A stretch of DNA of 64,000 nucleotides from Candidatus Parcubacteria bacterium (GCA_963718875.1 OY970378.1:872265-936264), one strand, 5' to 3'. Numbered from the stretch's first letter, positions 36,388 to 46,929 are shown. Notes: generated by a model from the letters alone, not told the origin. Translations and numbers: made by a program.

Positions 36388-37233
36388 ATGGAAGAAAGCC
36401 AACAAAACCCTCAACAGCCTTCGGCTCCTCAAAACGGGCCAGAGCCAAAGAAGTTCCCCAAAAAGGTGCTACTCATTATCATCATTGGGCTGGCCTTAAT
36501 TGGAGGGGCTTTAGCTTATGCCATGAGTCAAGATAATGCTGCCAAAAATACGCGAACAGCCGCCAGTGAACCAGCTACAACTGATAAGCCAACTGAGCGC
36601 AAAGCGGTAGAACAAGTATTTGTAAGTCCCGTAGACGGCACCAAAACGTCAATAAATACCGGTGGCTATTATGGTGTTAGCGTAGGGAGCACTCAGTACT
36701 ATGGTACTTTAACAAAAATAAACGATAGTTATATCCGCTTATCACCCACGCTGTATGTGAAAGGGAATAATTTAGCTTTTTTTTCTAGCAATGAGCTGCA
36801 TGGACCTGAACCTATAACCTATTTTCATGTCGCAAGAGTTGCAAAAGTGCAACAGCTTGATGCGACACTAAAAGAAAACATCGCAATCATTAACGCCATT
36901 AAATCAAGTCCGTCTCAGGCAGTAGATGCTTATCCCGCAGCTGTGATTGACCAATACCTCAAACAAGGACAATTCAAAGCCTTCTTTTTTAACGACGGAC
37001 AGGTGTTTTTTGCTCGAGTCGATAGCTTAAAAGGAAACTTTTTGACGGGGAACGTCTATTATTTAGAAGGTCAGGATGGTAGCCCAACCGCCTCAACGCA
37101 ACAAATCAGTTTGGCTTTGGCCAAGCCAGCGCAATACAGTAGCCGCACCAGCAGTGAATTGCAATACTGGCAAAATATGAAAAATGACAGCCAGATTACT
37201 AAAGCAGCCTTGCAGTTTGAAGCCGACCGTTAA
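36388..37233 (+). CDS. Hypothetical membrane-anchored protein
   Basis: 281 aa, N-terminal TM VLLIIIIGLALIGGALAYA. Confidence 0.45.
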   Translation: MEESQQNPQQPSAPQNGPEPKKFPKKVLLIIIIGLALIGGALAYAMSQDNAAKNTRTAASEPATTDKPTERKAVEQVFVSPVDGTKTSINTGGYYGVSVGSTQYYGTLTKINDSYIRLSPTLYVKGNNLAFFSSNELHGPEPITYFHVARVAKVQQLDATLKENIAIINAIKSSPSQAVDAYPAAVIDQYLKQGQFKAFFFNDGQVFFARVDSLKGNFLTGNVYYLEGQDGSPTASTQQISLALAKPAQYSSRTSSELQYWQNMKNDSQITKAALQFEADR

Positions 37234-37325
37234 AACGGATATATAGCTACAAATTGTTATAAAGCCACTTAACATCCTGATCTGGTTGTATTATTTTAGC
37301 TATACACCTACAAGGAGGCTGCCTT

Positions 37326-37936
37326 GCAGTTAATCCCCGTCATTGTTTGTGCAGTTGTGATGGCGGCCTGTTCGGCGCCAACCCAGTCAACCGATCCCCC
37401 GAGTGCACCGACGCCTGGTAGTGAGTTAGCTACCACCAGCACACTTCCCAGCTACGAAGTCCTTGGAACCGGCGGATGATCTGCCGGAATCCGTGCTTTC
37501 TGCAGAATCTGGAAGTGCTTGCCTCGGCCTATCCGACCGGCGCCTAGAAGTGTGCACTGCCTATGTGTTCAACTCTTCATTAGCGGCCAGGCTGCCATAC
37601 TACAAATATGGTCGCAGCCCTAACTCTGCTCGGTCCAAAGCCGCCTTGGACCGGCTGGAGTCACGCTATAGCGGTTCCGCACTTGCCCAAATTCAAGCCC
37701 AGGTGAGGGGGTGGCCTGTCGGCGAAACCAACATTGACGTGCCAATAGTTCGCGTTGAAAGCCTTTCAGTGAGTACCGACGGCAACCAGGCAGTTCTAAC
37801 AACGCGAGAGAGTTGGGAGGTCAAGAGGGCAGGCGAAACGCTGCTGTTTAAGGAGCAAGGCGCCAGGCACGTGATCAAGCTGGAGAGAGTACCCGGCCTG
37901 GTGTTGCATAAGTGGGTGGTGACAGAGATCGCATAA
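37326..37936 (+). CDS. Putative lipoprotein, possibly one gene split by a frameshift between 37430 and 37480 (TTG-start lipobox segment plus ORF 37463..37936). Lies in a high-GC island.
   Basis: Frame 1 encodes LQLIPVIVCAVVMAACSAP... (lipobox AAC) up to the TGA at 37478. The overlapping frame opens at 37430 and continues for 157 aa. Confidence 0.35.
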
Positions 37937-38114
37937 GGTTGAAGGGGCGAGTTTACCGCCCCTTCAACCCCCGACTTTTGATAAATACAGCTACTTATCG
38001 TGCGAGCCCCAATTTGATTATGAGCAGTAAAAGTTAAAGCTCCATCCCGCTTAACGCGGGATGGAGCAGAATGCAACCCTTGGTTGCATAGGATGTAGAT
38101 TGGTTAGCCGTCCC

Positions 38115-38969
38115 CTACCCTTCGAGAGGCTTACGGCCAACAATCAAACCTCGGCCGTTGTTACCAATGCCTCCTTCCTCGAACCTAGCGATAAGCCCGG
38201 CGTCCTCGAAAGCCGGCCGGAACTCGGTGTGCCAGTCGAACATGGTGAGGTCATGAAGCTCGATGAAGTGCTCAGTTCCCTCGGGCCGAGCAACCAGGTG
38301 CTCGAGCTCCAGATGGATGACCTTGCCCGTTTTGGTGGAACGGCTAATGCGGACAACTTTCAGATCGGTCTGGTCCACCACCTGCATGCTGACATGGCCC
38401 GACCGCCACATGTGCGGCGACAGCCAAGGCTCAACGATCAACAAGCCGCCCGGAGCCACATGCCGAGCCATGTTGGTAATGGCGGCCGGAAGTTGTTCGG
38501 CCGAAAGGTGGCCAATGGCGCTGAACAAGCAGGTGACCACGTCGTACTGGCGGCCCAGGGTAAAGGTCACCATGTCGGCCAGGTAGAGCTGGATGCCGCG
38601 GCCGTAGCTGAGGCGGCCGGCACCGTGCTGAAGCTGGTCGAGATTCTGAGTGAAATTGCCATCAAGGCTGGTCCACAGTCCGGTCTCCACCTCTCTTGCG
38701 ATGGCGCCGCTGCGGTGGAAACGCTCCCAGGCTATCTGCAGCTGCGCTTCGCTGATGTCTAGCCCTTCCACCCGGAAGTGGTTGCGCAGGTGCTCCAGGT
38801 GCAAGCCAGTGCCGCAAGCTACGTCGAGCAGGCTGGGGACCTGATAGCGACGGTCAAACGATTGCAGTCGGGCCATGATGATGGCGTGCAGACGCTCAGA
38901 TTCACGACGATAATCTTTCATAGCCGTGTAAATGGCATCGTAAATCGATGCTGATTGTTCGTAGGACAC
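38115..38969 (-). CDS. Class I SAM-dependent methyltransferase (TylM1/DesVI-like motif I)
   Basis: LDVACGTGLHLEHL motif I. YDVVTCLFSAIGHL, GGLLIVEPW. Embedded in a high-GC island. Confidence 0.75.
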   Translation of the reverse strand: MSYEQSASIYDAIYTAMKDYRRESERLHAIIMARLQSFDRRYQVPSLLDVACGTGLHLEHLRNHFRVEGLDISEAQLQIAWERFHRSGAIAREVETGLWTSLDGNFTQNLDQLQHGAGRLSYGRGIQLYLADMVTFTLGRQYDVVTCLFSAIGHLSAEQLPAAITNMARHVAPGGLLIVEPWLSPHMWRSGHVSMQVVDQTDLKVVRISRSTKTGKVIHLELEHLVARPEGTEHFIELHDLTMFDWHTEFRPAFEDAGLIARFEEGGIGNNGRGLIVGRKPLEG

Positions 38970-39242
38970 AACGGTCCTTTCTGTGGTTGGGGTATTACCC
39001 CGGGATGGTCCCGGTGATAAACTTCTAAGCTTTAGAGGCTTGTCACCGGGACCCTACTTATATGTATCTAACATATGGGTTCCTTTATTTAGAACTTTGT
39101 AAGATTAGCATAAGTACCAAACTATGTCAATTATTGGTCGGCTGACTGACTAGTTATAGTCGGGCCAGCCTGGTGGCATAGGCAACGCCTTGCCGAACAT
39201 TAAGCCCGACTGCGGGTATGCTAACGCCCGAGGAGTAGGGCT

Positions 39243-39806
39243 CTACTTAATAGCTTCTAGTGTTTTTAGTTGCCCAACTAACTCTGTGTGAGCTTTTGTG
39301 GCTAAGTCGTTTGAAGCGGAGGCATGACAGGCAGAGTGAGCATCGTCGAGAATTATATGAAACCCGGGAAAGCGATATATATTGGTACTGTGGCCATGGT
39401 CGGCCTCGTGCTTATCGTCGTGAACTCCCTCATAACGCACTAGGTTTCCTAAGCCCCATTGGCACTGTGAAGTTTGGATGGCTTGGGTCGATAATCCAAC
39501 ATAGGTGTATGGTATCGCGCCCTCATCTTTGACGTCATGGACGGAACTTATTTTAAGTTTTTGCTTCTTTAGTTCGGGCCCTAACTTAAATCTAACTTTA
39601 TACGCTTTGACATAATAATATCCGTCAACTTCGCCCTCAAGCTTATCGGATGAGGCAATGCGATTTGAAGTAACTGGGGCGTTGGCTTGATGGGGTTTAT
39701 AGATGGAGTAAACAATGAATCCAACAATACCTGTAAGAGCTGCGATTAAAATAACTTCAACAATAAATCCTAAACCATGCTGATTTCTAATAATCTTGAA
39801 CAGCAT
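39243..39806 (-). CDS. Hypothetical membrane-anchored His-rich protein
   Basis: N-terminal TM GFIVEVILIAALTGIVGFIVYSI. C-terminal HDDKHEADHGHS...HSACHAS. Start taken at MLFKII. Confidence 0.4.
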   Translation of the reverse strand: MLFKIIRNQHGLGFIVEVILIAALTGIVGFIVYSIYKPHQANAPVTSNRIASSDKLEGEVDGYYYVKAYKVRFKLGPELKKQKLKISSVHDVKDEGAIPYTYVGLSTQAIQTSQCQWGLGNLVRYEGVHDDKHEADHGHSTNIYRFPGFHIILDDAHSACHASASNDLATKAHTELVGQLKTLEAIK

Positions 39807-39810
39807 TATA

Positions 39811-40623
39811 TCAGCGTGAGCCTTGACGGCTAAACATCCAGGTGGCAAGCGGTGCGCTAACGGCTATGATACCAATACACCAAATGAACGCCAACCAACC
39901 GGCATCACCCATGGGGGTACCGACGAGCCATGAGCGGATGGCGTTAATTACATGAGTTAGGGGTTGGTTTTCGGCGAAAGCTCTCAAGACCCCCGGCATA
40001 GTTTTAGTGGGAACAAAAGCACTGGAGATAAATGTTAAGGGGAAAATGATCACGAATCCTGTCCATTGGGCGGCTTCCACGCTTTTAACCAATAGTCCCA
40101 TGATGGCAGATAACCATGAAATGGCGAGCGTGAAAAGCAATGCTAAGCCGGTCACAAGTATCCATTCTTTGAGGCTGGCATTGGGCCTAAACCCAACAAT
40201 AAAGCCGACAATAATGATGATAATGCTTGAAAGTATGTTTCGGACCAAGTCGGCCGTTATATGCCCGATCAAGAGGGCGCTGGTAGTCATGGGTAGTGAA
40301 CGAAAACGATCTACGATACCGGTTTTTAGATCGACTGCCAGGTTGATAGTAGTGTAGTTGGCGCCAAAAGCTAGCATTTGTACCAATACGCCTGCAAATA
40401 AATAGTTGGCATAGCTTATGGAGCCAGTATTGATAGCGCCGCCAAAAACGTAGCGGTTAAGTATCATAAACATGATTGGAAACAAAGCGGCAGAAATAAG
40501 CTGGTCCATACTCCTAGTGATGTGAAGGATACTACGCCTAGTCATCTCCCAGGAGTCATTAAGGGCCCAAAATAGCTTGGAACGGTTTTCTGGTTGAACT
40601 GTAATGATTTTTGTTTCGTCCAT
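39811..40623 (-). CDS. ABC-2 type transporter permease
   Basis: 6 TM, 270 aa. Start overlaps the ATPase stop (ATGA). Confidence 0.8.
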   Translation of the reverse strand: MDETKIITVQPENRSKLFWALNDSWEMTRRSILHITRSMDQLISAALFPIMFMILNRYVFGGAINTGSISYANYLFAGVLVQMLAFGANYTTINLAVDLKTGIVDRFRSLPMTTSALLIGHITADLVRNILSSIIIIIVGFIVGFRPNASLKEWILVTGLALLFTLAISWLSAIMGLLVKSVEAAQWTGFVIIFPLTFISSAFVPTKTMPGVLRAFAENQPLTHVINAIRSWLVGTPMGDAGWLAFIWCIGIIAVSAPLATWMFSRQGSR

Positions 40624-41618
40624 TACTTTTTGCCTTTCACGGTTTTCGAAATGGATGGTTCGGGTTCTTTTGTGGCTGAGTGGCCGGTAAGTGACATGAA
40701 GACATCATCGAGGGTGGGACGATGAAGCGAAATGCTTTCGACCTCAATTTTGGCCGCTTCCAGGCTCTGTAAAACTTCTTTGAGCTTTTTAACGCCGCCT
40801 TCGCTGGCTATACTAATGACCCGTCGCTCGCTGTCTTGCTGCAAACCTTCGCCTTTAATAATACTGACGGCTTTTTCAAAGTTGCTGTCCGGACTAATGA
40901 TAATTTCTAGCCGATCGGAACCAACTTTGGCTTTGAGCTCGCTAGAGGTACCTTCGGCAATAACTTTGCCGTCGTCGATTACCACAATGTTATCGGCTAA
41001 GTGGTCGGCTTCGTCCATATATTGGGTAGTTAGGAGTATAGTAGTTCCGCTTTTAGCTAACTGTTTAATCGTATTCCACATACCGAGACGAGAGCGGGGG
41101 TCCAGGCCGGTGGTTGGTTCATCCAAAAAAATAACCGGTGGAGCTGCAATCAAGCTCATAGCTAGGTCAATTCGGCGTTTCATTCCCCCTGAGTATTGTT
41201 TAACCGGGCGCTTGGAGTCTTCTACCAAGTCTACTTGCTCTAGCAGCTCACGGGTGCGCCTCTTGGTGTCCTTGGTGCTAAGCCGGTAAAGCCGCCCTAT
41301 CATGAGCAGGTTTTCTTCGCCGGTTAAATACTCATCGACGGCAGCATATTGACCAGTTAAACCAATACTAGCCTTAACATCATTGGGCTGCTCGGAAACG
41401 CCATAGCCGTTAATACGAGCTATGCCGCTATCGGGCTGGAGCAAGGTGCTCAAAATCCGAATGGTGGTGGTTTTACCGGCGCCGTTTGGACCCAGCAAGG
41501 CCAAAATAGAACCGTGACCAACACTAAAATTAATGCCGTTTAAGACCTTGAGATCACCAAAAGACTTCTGTAAATCCCTTACGACAATAGCTGGCTCAGA
41601 GGTTAATGATTGCTTCAT
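40623..41618 (-). CDS. ABC transporter ATP-binding protein (DrrA-like)
   Basis: Walker A GPNGAGKTT, signature YSGGMKRRIDLA, Walker B VIFLDEPTTGLD. Confidence 0.9.
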   Translation of the reverse strand: MKQSLTSEPAIVVRDLQKSFGDLKVLNGINFSVGHGSILALLGPNGAGKTTTIRILSTLLQPDSGIARINGYGVSEQPNDVKASIGLTGQYAAVDEYLTGEENLLMIGRLYRLSTKDTKRRTRELLEQVDLVEDSKRPVKQYSGGMKRRIDLAMSLIAAPPVIFLDEPTTGLDPRSRLGMWNTIKQLAKSGTTILLTTQYMDEADHLADNIVVIDDGKVIAEGTSSELKAKVGSDRLEIIISPDSNFEKAVSIIKGEGLQQDSERRVISIASEGGVKKLKEVLQSLEAAKIEVESISLHRPTLDDVFMSLTGHSATKEPEPSISKTVKGKK

Positions 41619-41677
41619 AAACCAATATTACCTGATTTACTACTATTTTGATAAAAATATTTTGGATTTAATTGAAT

Positions 41678-41713
41678 AGCCATCCCTCTGCTCCGAAGGA
41701 CAGAGGGATGGCT
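41678..41713 (-). terminator. Perfect 13-bp stem hairpin (AGCCATCCCTCTG-10-nt loop-CAGAGGGATGGCT) 18 nt downstream of the 41732 gene stop. T-rich tract follows on the minus strand.
   Basis: Direct inspection. Followed on the minus strand by ATTCAATTAAATCCAAAATATTTTTATC. Confidence 0.55.
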
Positions 41714-41731
41714 ATTTGCGAGCAGAGGAGA

Positions 41732-42202
41732 TCATTCATTTTGCTCGATGTAGTCATGCTGCACGAGTCTGACGACGAACGTTTCCATATGCTGGGCGTC
41801 TCGCTTAGGGTGATCCCAGGAGTGAAAGCTCTTCCAGGTGACGATTTCCACAATGCTTTGACCTAAAAGGTTCACTTGACTAACTTCAGCCATTAGTCGA
41901 GTGGAGGGCTTGTCTACCTGAAACTTAGTTGCGAACAGGTTGATCTGCTGCCCCTGTACGGGCATCATGTTGCCGTAGGGGGAGGTGTCATATGTATACC
42001 TGAATACACGACGCACATTATGTGCCTTCGTTCGCGAGCGGAACCACCCACTAGCCGGGACTCTACGGGCAAGGATTACAACGACGACTGTCTTCATGAC
42101 AACCTCTTCTCTCTCGGCGGCTGGGGTGTTGAATATAATAGAACTTATTTTCTTATAAGTCAATATTTGATTGCTGAATGCTAGTGCCTCTCGACCCATC
42201 AC
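41732..42202 (-). CDS. Hypothetical protein (possibly ABM/DUF3291-like). Start probably at the internal MKTVVVV.
   Basis: 156-aa ORF, no confident motif. Confidence 0.35.
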   Translation of the reverse strand: MMGREALAFSNQILTYKKISSIIFNTPAAEREEVVMKTVVVVILARRVPASGWFRSRTKAHNVRRVFRYTYDTSPYGNMMPVQGQQINLFATKFQVDKPSTRLMAEVSQVNLLGQSIVEIVTWKSFHSWDHPKRDAQHMETFVVRLVQHDYIEQNE

Positions 42203-42239
42203 GCTCGGGGATCGTGTAAAATAGTACCAAGGAGAGCCT

Positions 42240-42509
42240 ATGTGTAGAAATATTAAAACTTTATATAATTTCGACCCCCCTGCTACGAAGGCTGAGATTA
42301 GGGATGCCTCGATGCAGTTTGTTCGAAAGCTATCAGGGTTTCAAAAACCGTCTAAAACTAATGAGGCGGCATTTGAAAAAGGGGTACAAGAAGTAGCAGG
42401 GGCGGCAAAACGCTTGCTAGATTCGCTCACCACTGTAGCCGAACCTCGGAATCGTGAAATCGAAGCAGCCCGAGCCAAAGCACGGGCAGAGCAACGATTT
42501 AAAAATTAG
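42240..42509 (+). CDS. DUF2277 family protein
   Basis: N-terminus MCRNIKTLYNFDPPATKAEIRDASMQFVRKLSG matches the characteristic DUF2277 start. Confidence 0.6.
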   Translation: MCRNIKTLYNFDPPATKAEIRDASMQFVRKLSGFQKPSKTNEAAFEKGVQEVAGAAKRLLDSLTTVAEPRNREIEAARAKARAEQRFKN

Positions 42510-42512
42510 CAA

Positions 42513-43046
42513 CTAGGCTTGCGGTGGGGTTTGCGGTGGTGAGATTTGGGCTGGTGGAGGCGTAGGCCCAGCTGTTGGAGGAGTGGGCGACGGCCCATTT
42601 ATAGCTGGAGCATTTGATGCTCCAGTGTAGTTAACTTTGTCGACTAAAAAGACGCCAACGATGGGCAAGAAGATTGCTGCCAACCAAAAGCCCGCACCTT
42701 TATCATATTTTTTTGTCATCGCGACTAGCAGGATGATAAATAGAACTAGCGAAGCAATCGAACCGAGCGAAACAACTGTTCTGATGGATTCTGGAGCAAC
42801 ACTTCCTCCGATCCCCAACACCCCGGCAAGCACACCCATCCAAACCGGCTTTTCGCCAATTTCGGCCATTACCATGCTGCTATATACCGGTACAATAGCA
42901 GCCCATCCTGGCTTACCGGCTTTTTTGAAAAGCTTCCACCAAATAATAATAACTGGAATTGCATATAGGAAGAGTAGTACTAATACTATTACAAGCATTA
43001 ACGTAAAGGCTGCTGCTGCGTCTACGTTTGTTGTTGCTTCTGTCAT
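42513..43046 (-). CDS. DUF5684-like small membrane protein with a Pro-rich tail
   Basis: WWKLFKKAGKPGWAAIVPVYS motif typical of the DUF5684 family. Confidence 0.5.
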   Translation of the reverse strand: MTEATTNVDAAAAFTLMLVIVLVLLFLYAIPVIIIWWKLFKKAGKPGWAAIVPVYSSMVMAEIGEKPVWMGVLAGVLGIGGSVAPESIRTVVSLGSIASLVLFIILLVAMTKKYDKGAGFWLAAIFLPIVGVFLVDKVNYTGASNAPAINGPSPTPPTAGPTPPPAQISPPQTPPQA

Positions 43047-43454
43047 GTTTATGTTAGGCAGGGGGCTAATGCCTTTGCCAAGTCCTTTCAGTTTATTTCA
43101 ATAAATATAGTTTAAGCATGACTAGTATAGGTGTCAATACATAATTAAAAGCCACCATTATGCCTATGATTTAACACAAGCCATTCAAGCTGTTATGCCT
43201 TATATAGACGCATTACGCTATGAGTAGATAATTATGCGCAAAAGTTTCGATTGACGCTTCGCCAGCATCAAAGTACGACTGTCTAGTGATTTAAGCCGAG
43301 GACGAAGCTGCTTTAATATGAATTAGGTTGTCAGGCTGATGCAAATATTGGCAGTAGCGAGGTCAGTAGAAACAATGTAATAATTATTATCAAAACGGCT
43401 TTTTTCATAAACAACTCCTTCGATAGGTTTATAATTATACAGGACTAAAGGGGT

Positions 43455-44897
43455 TTATGACTCGCTACTTTTGCATTGTAGCTTGAGGCGCTCAACAGGT
43501 GCATAGTTATCAGTTAGAGCTACCCCTCCGCTCAGATCATAAGTGGTAGCAGACTTGTCACCTAAAGCTGCGTTAGAATAGGCAAAAATAATATTTTGCC
43601 TATTCTTTAGTTGAGGGTCATATAGAGGATAAAGCTGGTAGTTCGTAAATGACTGCATGTATCCCGCATGAACGGCAAGAAGTAAAGGTCGGCAAGCTGC
43701 AGTGTCAGAGCCGATAATGTTTGACAATACTAGCCCGTCTGGTTTCAAACTAGCCTTTAACTTAGTGGCGTATTCGCGGGTAGCAACAGAAAATGGAATG
43801 GAAATGTCCGTGTAAACATCCACCAAGATAATGTCGTACTTGTGCTGATTGGTATTAAGATATGCCCGAGCATCTTCGGCGTAAACCGTTACATTGGGGA
43901 GGTCGGAATAGTTGAAATAGCGTTTGGCAATATTAACCAATTGAGAGTCAATTTCGGCCACGTCGATTTGGGAGGTGGGATATTTTTCACCGAGATAACG
44001 CGGCAAAGTAAATGCCCCTCCGCCAAGAATTAACATCCGTTGTTTTTGGGGCGCTTGCTCCACCAGGACGGCCATTTGTCGGGTATAGCCAAAAACGAGT
44101 TGACTCGAACCGTTTAAATACACACCAGATTGGGCCCCGTTGGGCCCTGACTCCAAAATGCGGGTAGGGTGGCCTTCATAAACAACATCGCGCACCTTGT
44201 AACGAGCTGACGGTGTATCAATGTCGGCTACTTCCCCAATGGCCGGAGTGGCAGGGAAGAACATCATCAGGCATAAAGACGCGACTATACCTGCGGCAAT
44301 GCGCTTTAATACTTGTTTGTAAGGCGCAAAAAGTAAGCTGGCGCAAGCCAGCAGTATAGTTGTAAATATTAAAGTTTCCTTCGATCCAAAAAACCCAAAA
44401 AAAATAAATCCGACTCCAAAAGTACCACTAATGCCACCCAAGGCATTGGCTGCACTGAGCAGGGCAACCGAAGTTCCCGTGGTTTCGAGAGAGCGTGTGC
44501 GTAGCCGGGCTAAATAGGGGCTAATCGCTCCTAACACAAAACTAGTTGGAAAAAACAATAGGGTTGCGACCACCAGCCCTTGTATTCGAGGGTCCTTGAT
44601 ACTAGTCCTTATAAGCTCCAGCACGGAGTCTGAAAGCACCAATGTCAAAATTACGCCAGCAGCCGCTAGCAGGAGAAGCCAGGCAATATCGGCCGGTTTA
44701 ACTCTTTTGTCTGCAAGCATCCCACCAACAGCGTAGCCAATGGAAAGAGCGGCTATGATTACACCGATGACGCTCGTCCAAACATATATGGAACTCCCTA
44801 TGCTGGGCGCAAGAATTCTGGCGGCGGCTAGCTCATAAGCAAGGAGTGAAAACCCAGTTATGAAGGCGACTGATTCAAATTTAGTCCATTTTTTCAT
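43455..44897 (-). CDS. Fused membrane domain/spermidine synthase-like protein
   Basis: Multi-TM N-terminal half. C-terminal LILGGGAFTLPRYL...VAEIDSQLVNIAKRYF...DIILVDVYTD resembles the spermidine synthase/methyltransferase fold. Start taken at MKKWTKF to avoid overlap with the downstream gene. Confidence 0.6.
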   Translation of the reverse strand: MKKWTKFESVAFITGFSLLAYELAAARILAPSIGSSIYVWTSVIGVIIAALSIGYAVGGMLADKRVKPADIAWLLLLAAAGVILTLVLSDSVLELIRTSIKDPRIQGLVVATLLFFPTSFVLGAISPYLARLRTRSLETTGTSVALLSAANALGGISGTFGVGFIFFGFFGSKETLIFTTILLACASLLFAPYKQVLKRIAAGIVASLCLMMFFPATPAIGEVADIDTPSARYKVRDVVYEGHPTRILESGPNGAQSGVYLNGSSQLVFGYTRQMAVLVEQAPQKQRMLILGGGAFTLPRYLGEKYPTSQIDVAEIDSQLVNIAKRYFNYSDLPNVTVYAEDARAYLNTNQHKYDIILVDVYTDISIPFSVATREYATKLKASLKPDGLVLSNIIGSDTAACRPLLLAVHAGYMQSFTNYQLYPLYDPQLKNRQNIIFAYSNAALGDKSATTYDLSGGVALTDNYAPVERLKLQCKSSES

Positions 44898-44916
44898 AAA
44901 ATATAAATTTTTAGTT

Positions 44917-46098
44917 TTATTTAGGGCTGACACGATATATCTTATCATCTCCACTTCTTACCGTTCCGCGGCCATCACGGTTTGAAGTTAGTAGATAAAT
45001 AAATCCATCAGGCCCCTGCTGAACATCCCGCACCCGGCCAATATCAATGTCGGAAATTTTTTGGTGCGAAAGTATTTTACCCGAGCTAGATTGGTCGAAC
45101 ACCACTCGGTAAACACCCTCCCCTTTTAACGCTGCGAACAGCAAGTTGTTTTTAAATTGAGACAAAACATTTGAGTTGTAAAACATGGCTCCAGCCGGAG
45201 CAACGGCTGGCGTAAAAATAAGCAGCGGCGTTACAAAGCGACTATCGGTTTTATCATGGCTTATAATTGGCCAGCCGTAGTTAGCACCTTTTTGGATTAT
45301 GTTTAACTCGTCTCCTCCAGGGGGGCCGTCGTTGCCAGAAGGCCCATGCTCAGTAGCAAATAACTGGTTGGTCCCGGGTTGCCAGGCTAAGCCTTGGGGG
45401 TTACGGTGCCCTAACGTCCAAAGCGGCGAGCCCGCAACGGGGTTGTCTTGCGGAATGCTACCGTCAGAATTAATGCGTAAGATTTTACCGCCCAATGAGC
45501 TAAAGTTTTGGGGATAAGCTTTGTTGGTAGCGTCGCCAGTGGTAATGTAGAGTTTTTGGTCGCTCGGGCCAAAGCTTAAGCGGCACCCGGCATGGTTAAC
45601 GGCTGCTGGAATAGCGTCGATCAAGGTGGTTGGCGGTCCGGCCAAGTTCCCTTTGTCCTCAAACTTTACCACCCGGTCGGTCATTGTGCCGTTACTCAAA
45701 GAGGCATAGCAAGCATACACTTGCTTGTTTTTGACATAATCTGGGTCGAGCGCAAGGCCCATTAGACCCTCTTCAGACTGGCTTGAAACAGTAAAAGTTG
45801 CTAGTGGCGCTGACACTAGCTTGCCCGATTGGACAATTCGAATGGAACCGGAACGCTCGCTGACCAGCCAACGGTCTTTGGCGGTAAAAACTATACTCCA
45901 AGGCACGTATAGTCCGTCTACCACAGAAGTAACAGCATAGGACACTGGGCTAGATTGGGTTGCTTGCTTTGGGTGGGGTGGGGCTATGTTGGCCTTGGGT
46001 AATGGCACATTTGGTAGTCTAAATAAAGCTATAGCGCCGCCGATCAGCAAAGTGAATAAACATATTGATATTAGTTTGCGCGGATTAATTTGAAACAT
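44917..46098 (-). CDS. PQQ-dependent soluble sugar dehydrogenase (glucose/sorbosone dehydrogenase family), secreted
   Basis: Signal peptide, beta-propeller pattern, GFIYLLTSNRDGRG and PQGLAWQPGTNQLFATEHGPSGND motifs. Confidence 0.75.
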   Translation of the reverse strand: MFQINPRKLISICLFTLLIGGAIALFRLPNVPLPKANIAPPHPKQATQSSPVSYAVTSVVDGLYVPWSIVFTAKDRWLVSERSGSIRIVQSGKLVSAPLATFTVSSQSEEGLMGLALDPDYVKNKQVYACYASLSNGTMTDRVVKFEDKGNLAGPPTTLIDAIPAAVNHAGCRLSFGPSDQKLYITTGDATNKAYPQNFSSLGGKILRINSDGSIPQDNPVAGSPLWTLGHRNPQGLAWQPGTNQLFATEHGPSGNDGPPGGDELNIIQKGANYGWPIISHDKTDSRFVTPLLIFTPAVAPAGAMFYNSNVLSQFKNNLLFAALKGEGVYRVVFDQSSSGKILSHQKISDIDIGRVRDVQQGPDGFIYLLTSNRDGRGTVRSGDDKIYRVSPK

Positions 46099-46125
46099 TT
46101 GTCTCTTTTCGGGAGTAAGCTTGAT

Positions 46126-46581
46126 TTATTGATCGCGGGCTTGTTTTAGCGCTTCGATATCGATCTTACCCATTTGCAACATTGCCTGCATAACCCTGCC
46201 GGATTTTTGTGGGTCGGGGTCGCCCATGAGTTCACCCAGGATGGTAGGGACAACTTGCCATGACAGACCAAATTTATCGGTTAGCCAGCCACACTGGCCT
46301 GGTTTGCCACCCTCACTTAGTTTATTCCAAAAGTAATCTACTTCCTCCTGGTTTTCGCAGGTTACAAATAGGGACGTACCTTGTTCGAATGTAAAGTGCG
46401 GGCCTCCATCCATGGCCATAAACTCTTGTCCATCAAGCGAAAAAGACGCATGTAAAAGTTGGTCTCCTCCCGGCATTACCATGATGCTATTAATTTTGGA
46501 GTTTTTGAATATTGATATGTAAAAATCTACAGCCTCTTTGCCGCGACTCTCGAACGTTAAAAAAGTGGTTACTTTTTGCAT
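46126..46581 (-). CDS. PhnB-like/VOC family protein
   Basis: KVTTFLTFESRGKEAVDFYISIF...GQCGWLTDKFGLSWQVVP. Confidence 0.6.
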   Translation of the reverse strand: MQKVTTFLTFESRGKEAVDFYISIFKNSKINSIMVMPGGDQLLHASFSLDGQEFMAMDGGPHFTFEQGTSLFVTCENQEEVDYFWNKLSEGGKPGQCGWLTDKFGLSWQVVPTILGELMGDPDPQKSGRVMQAMLQMGKIDIEALKQARDQ

Positions 46582-46662
46582 CTGGTTACTCCATTAGTAC
46601 TATAACTATATTCCATATATATAATAGTAACAAAGGCAACGCCGGGGTATAATACACGTATC

Positions 46663-46929
46663 TTGAATAATTATATTATATCCGGTTTCCGGAAAATCGT
46701 TGTTTTGACCGTGGGTATCCCAGTTGTTGTACTGGGTATTATTCTTATTCCTGTGCCCGGCCCCGGTCTGCTAGTAACCCTGCTGGGGCTACTGATACTT
46801 TCGCTTGAGTTTGAGTGGGCCAAAAATTACGTTATCAAAGTTAAAATGTTGCTCCGTAAAGTCACTGCTTCGGCGCGAAAAAAGCTTGAAGATGCCAAAA
46901 GCGACGGGAAACCGCAGGACAAGTTGTAA
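46663..46929 (+). CDS. PGPGW-motif small transmembrane protein
   Basis: IPVPGPGLLVTLLGLLILSLEFEWAK. Confidence 0.5.
   Translation: MNNYIISGFRKIVVLTVGIPVVVLGIILIPVPGPGLLVTLLGLLILSLEFEWAKNYVIKVKMLLRKVTASARKKLEDAKSDGKPQDKL

Noticed and set aside
38061-38762. 233-aa plus-strand ORF
   Set aside because: It lies antisense to the methyltransferase 38115..38969, which has clear SAM-binding motifs. High GC produces long spurious antisense ORFs here. The plus-strand product has no recognisable features.
39243-39806. Possible type IV prepilin N-terminus (G-FIVEVILIAAL)
   Set aside because: The Glu is at +4 rather than +5 and there is no neighbouring pilus machinery. Treated as an ordinary TM anchor.
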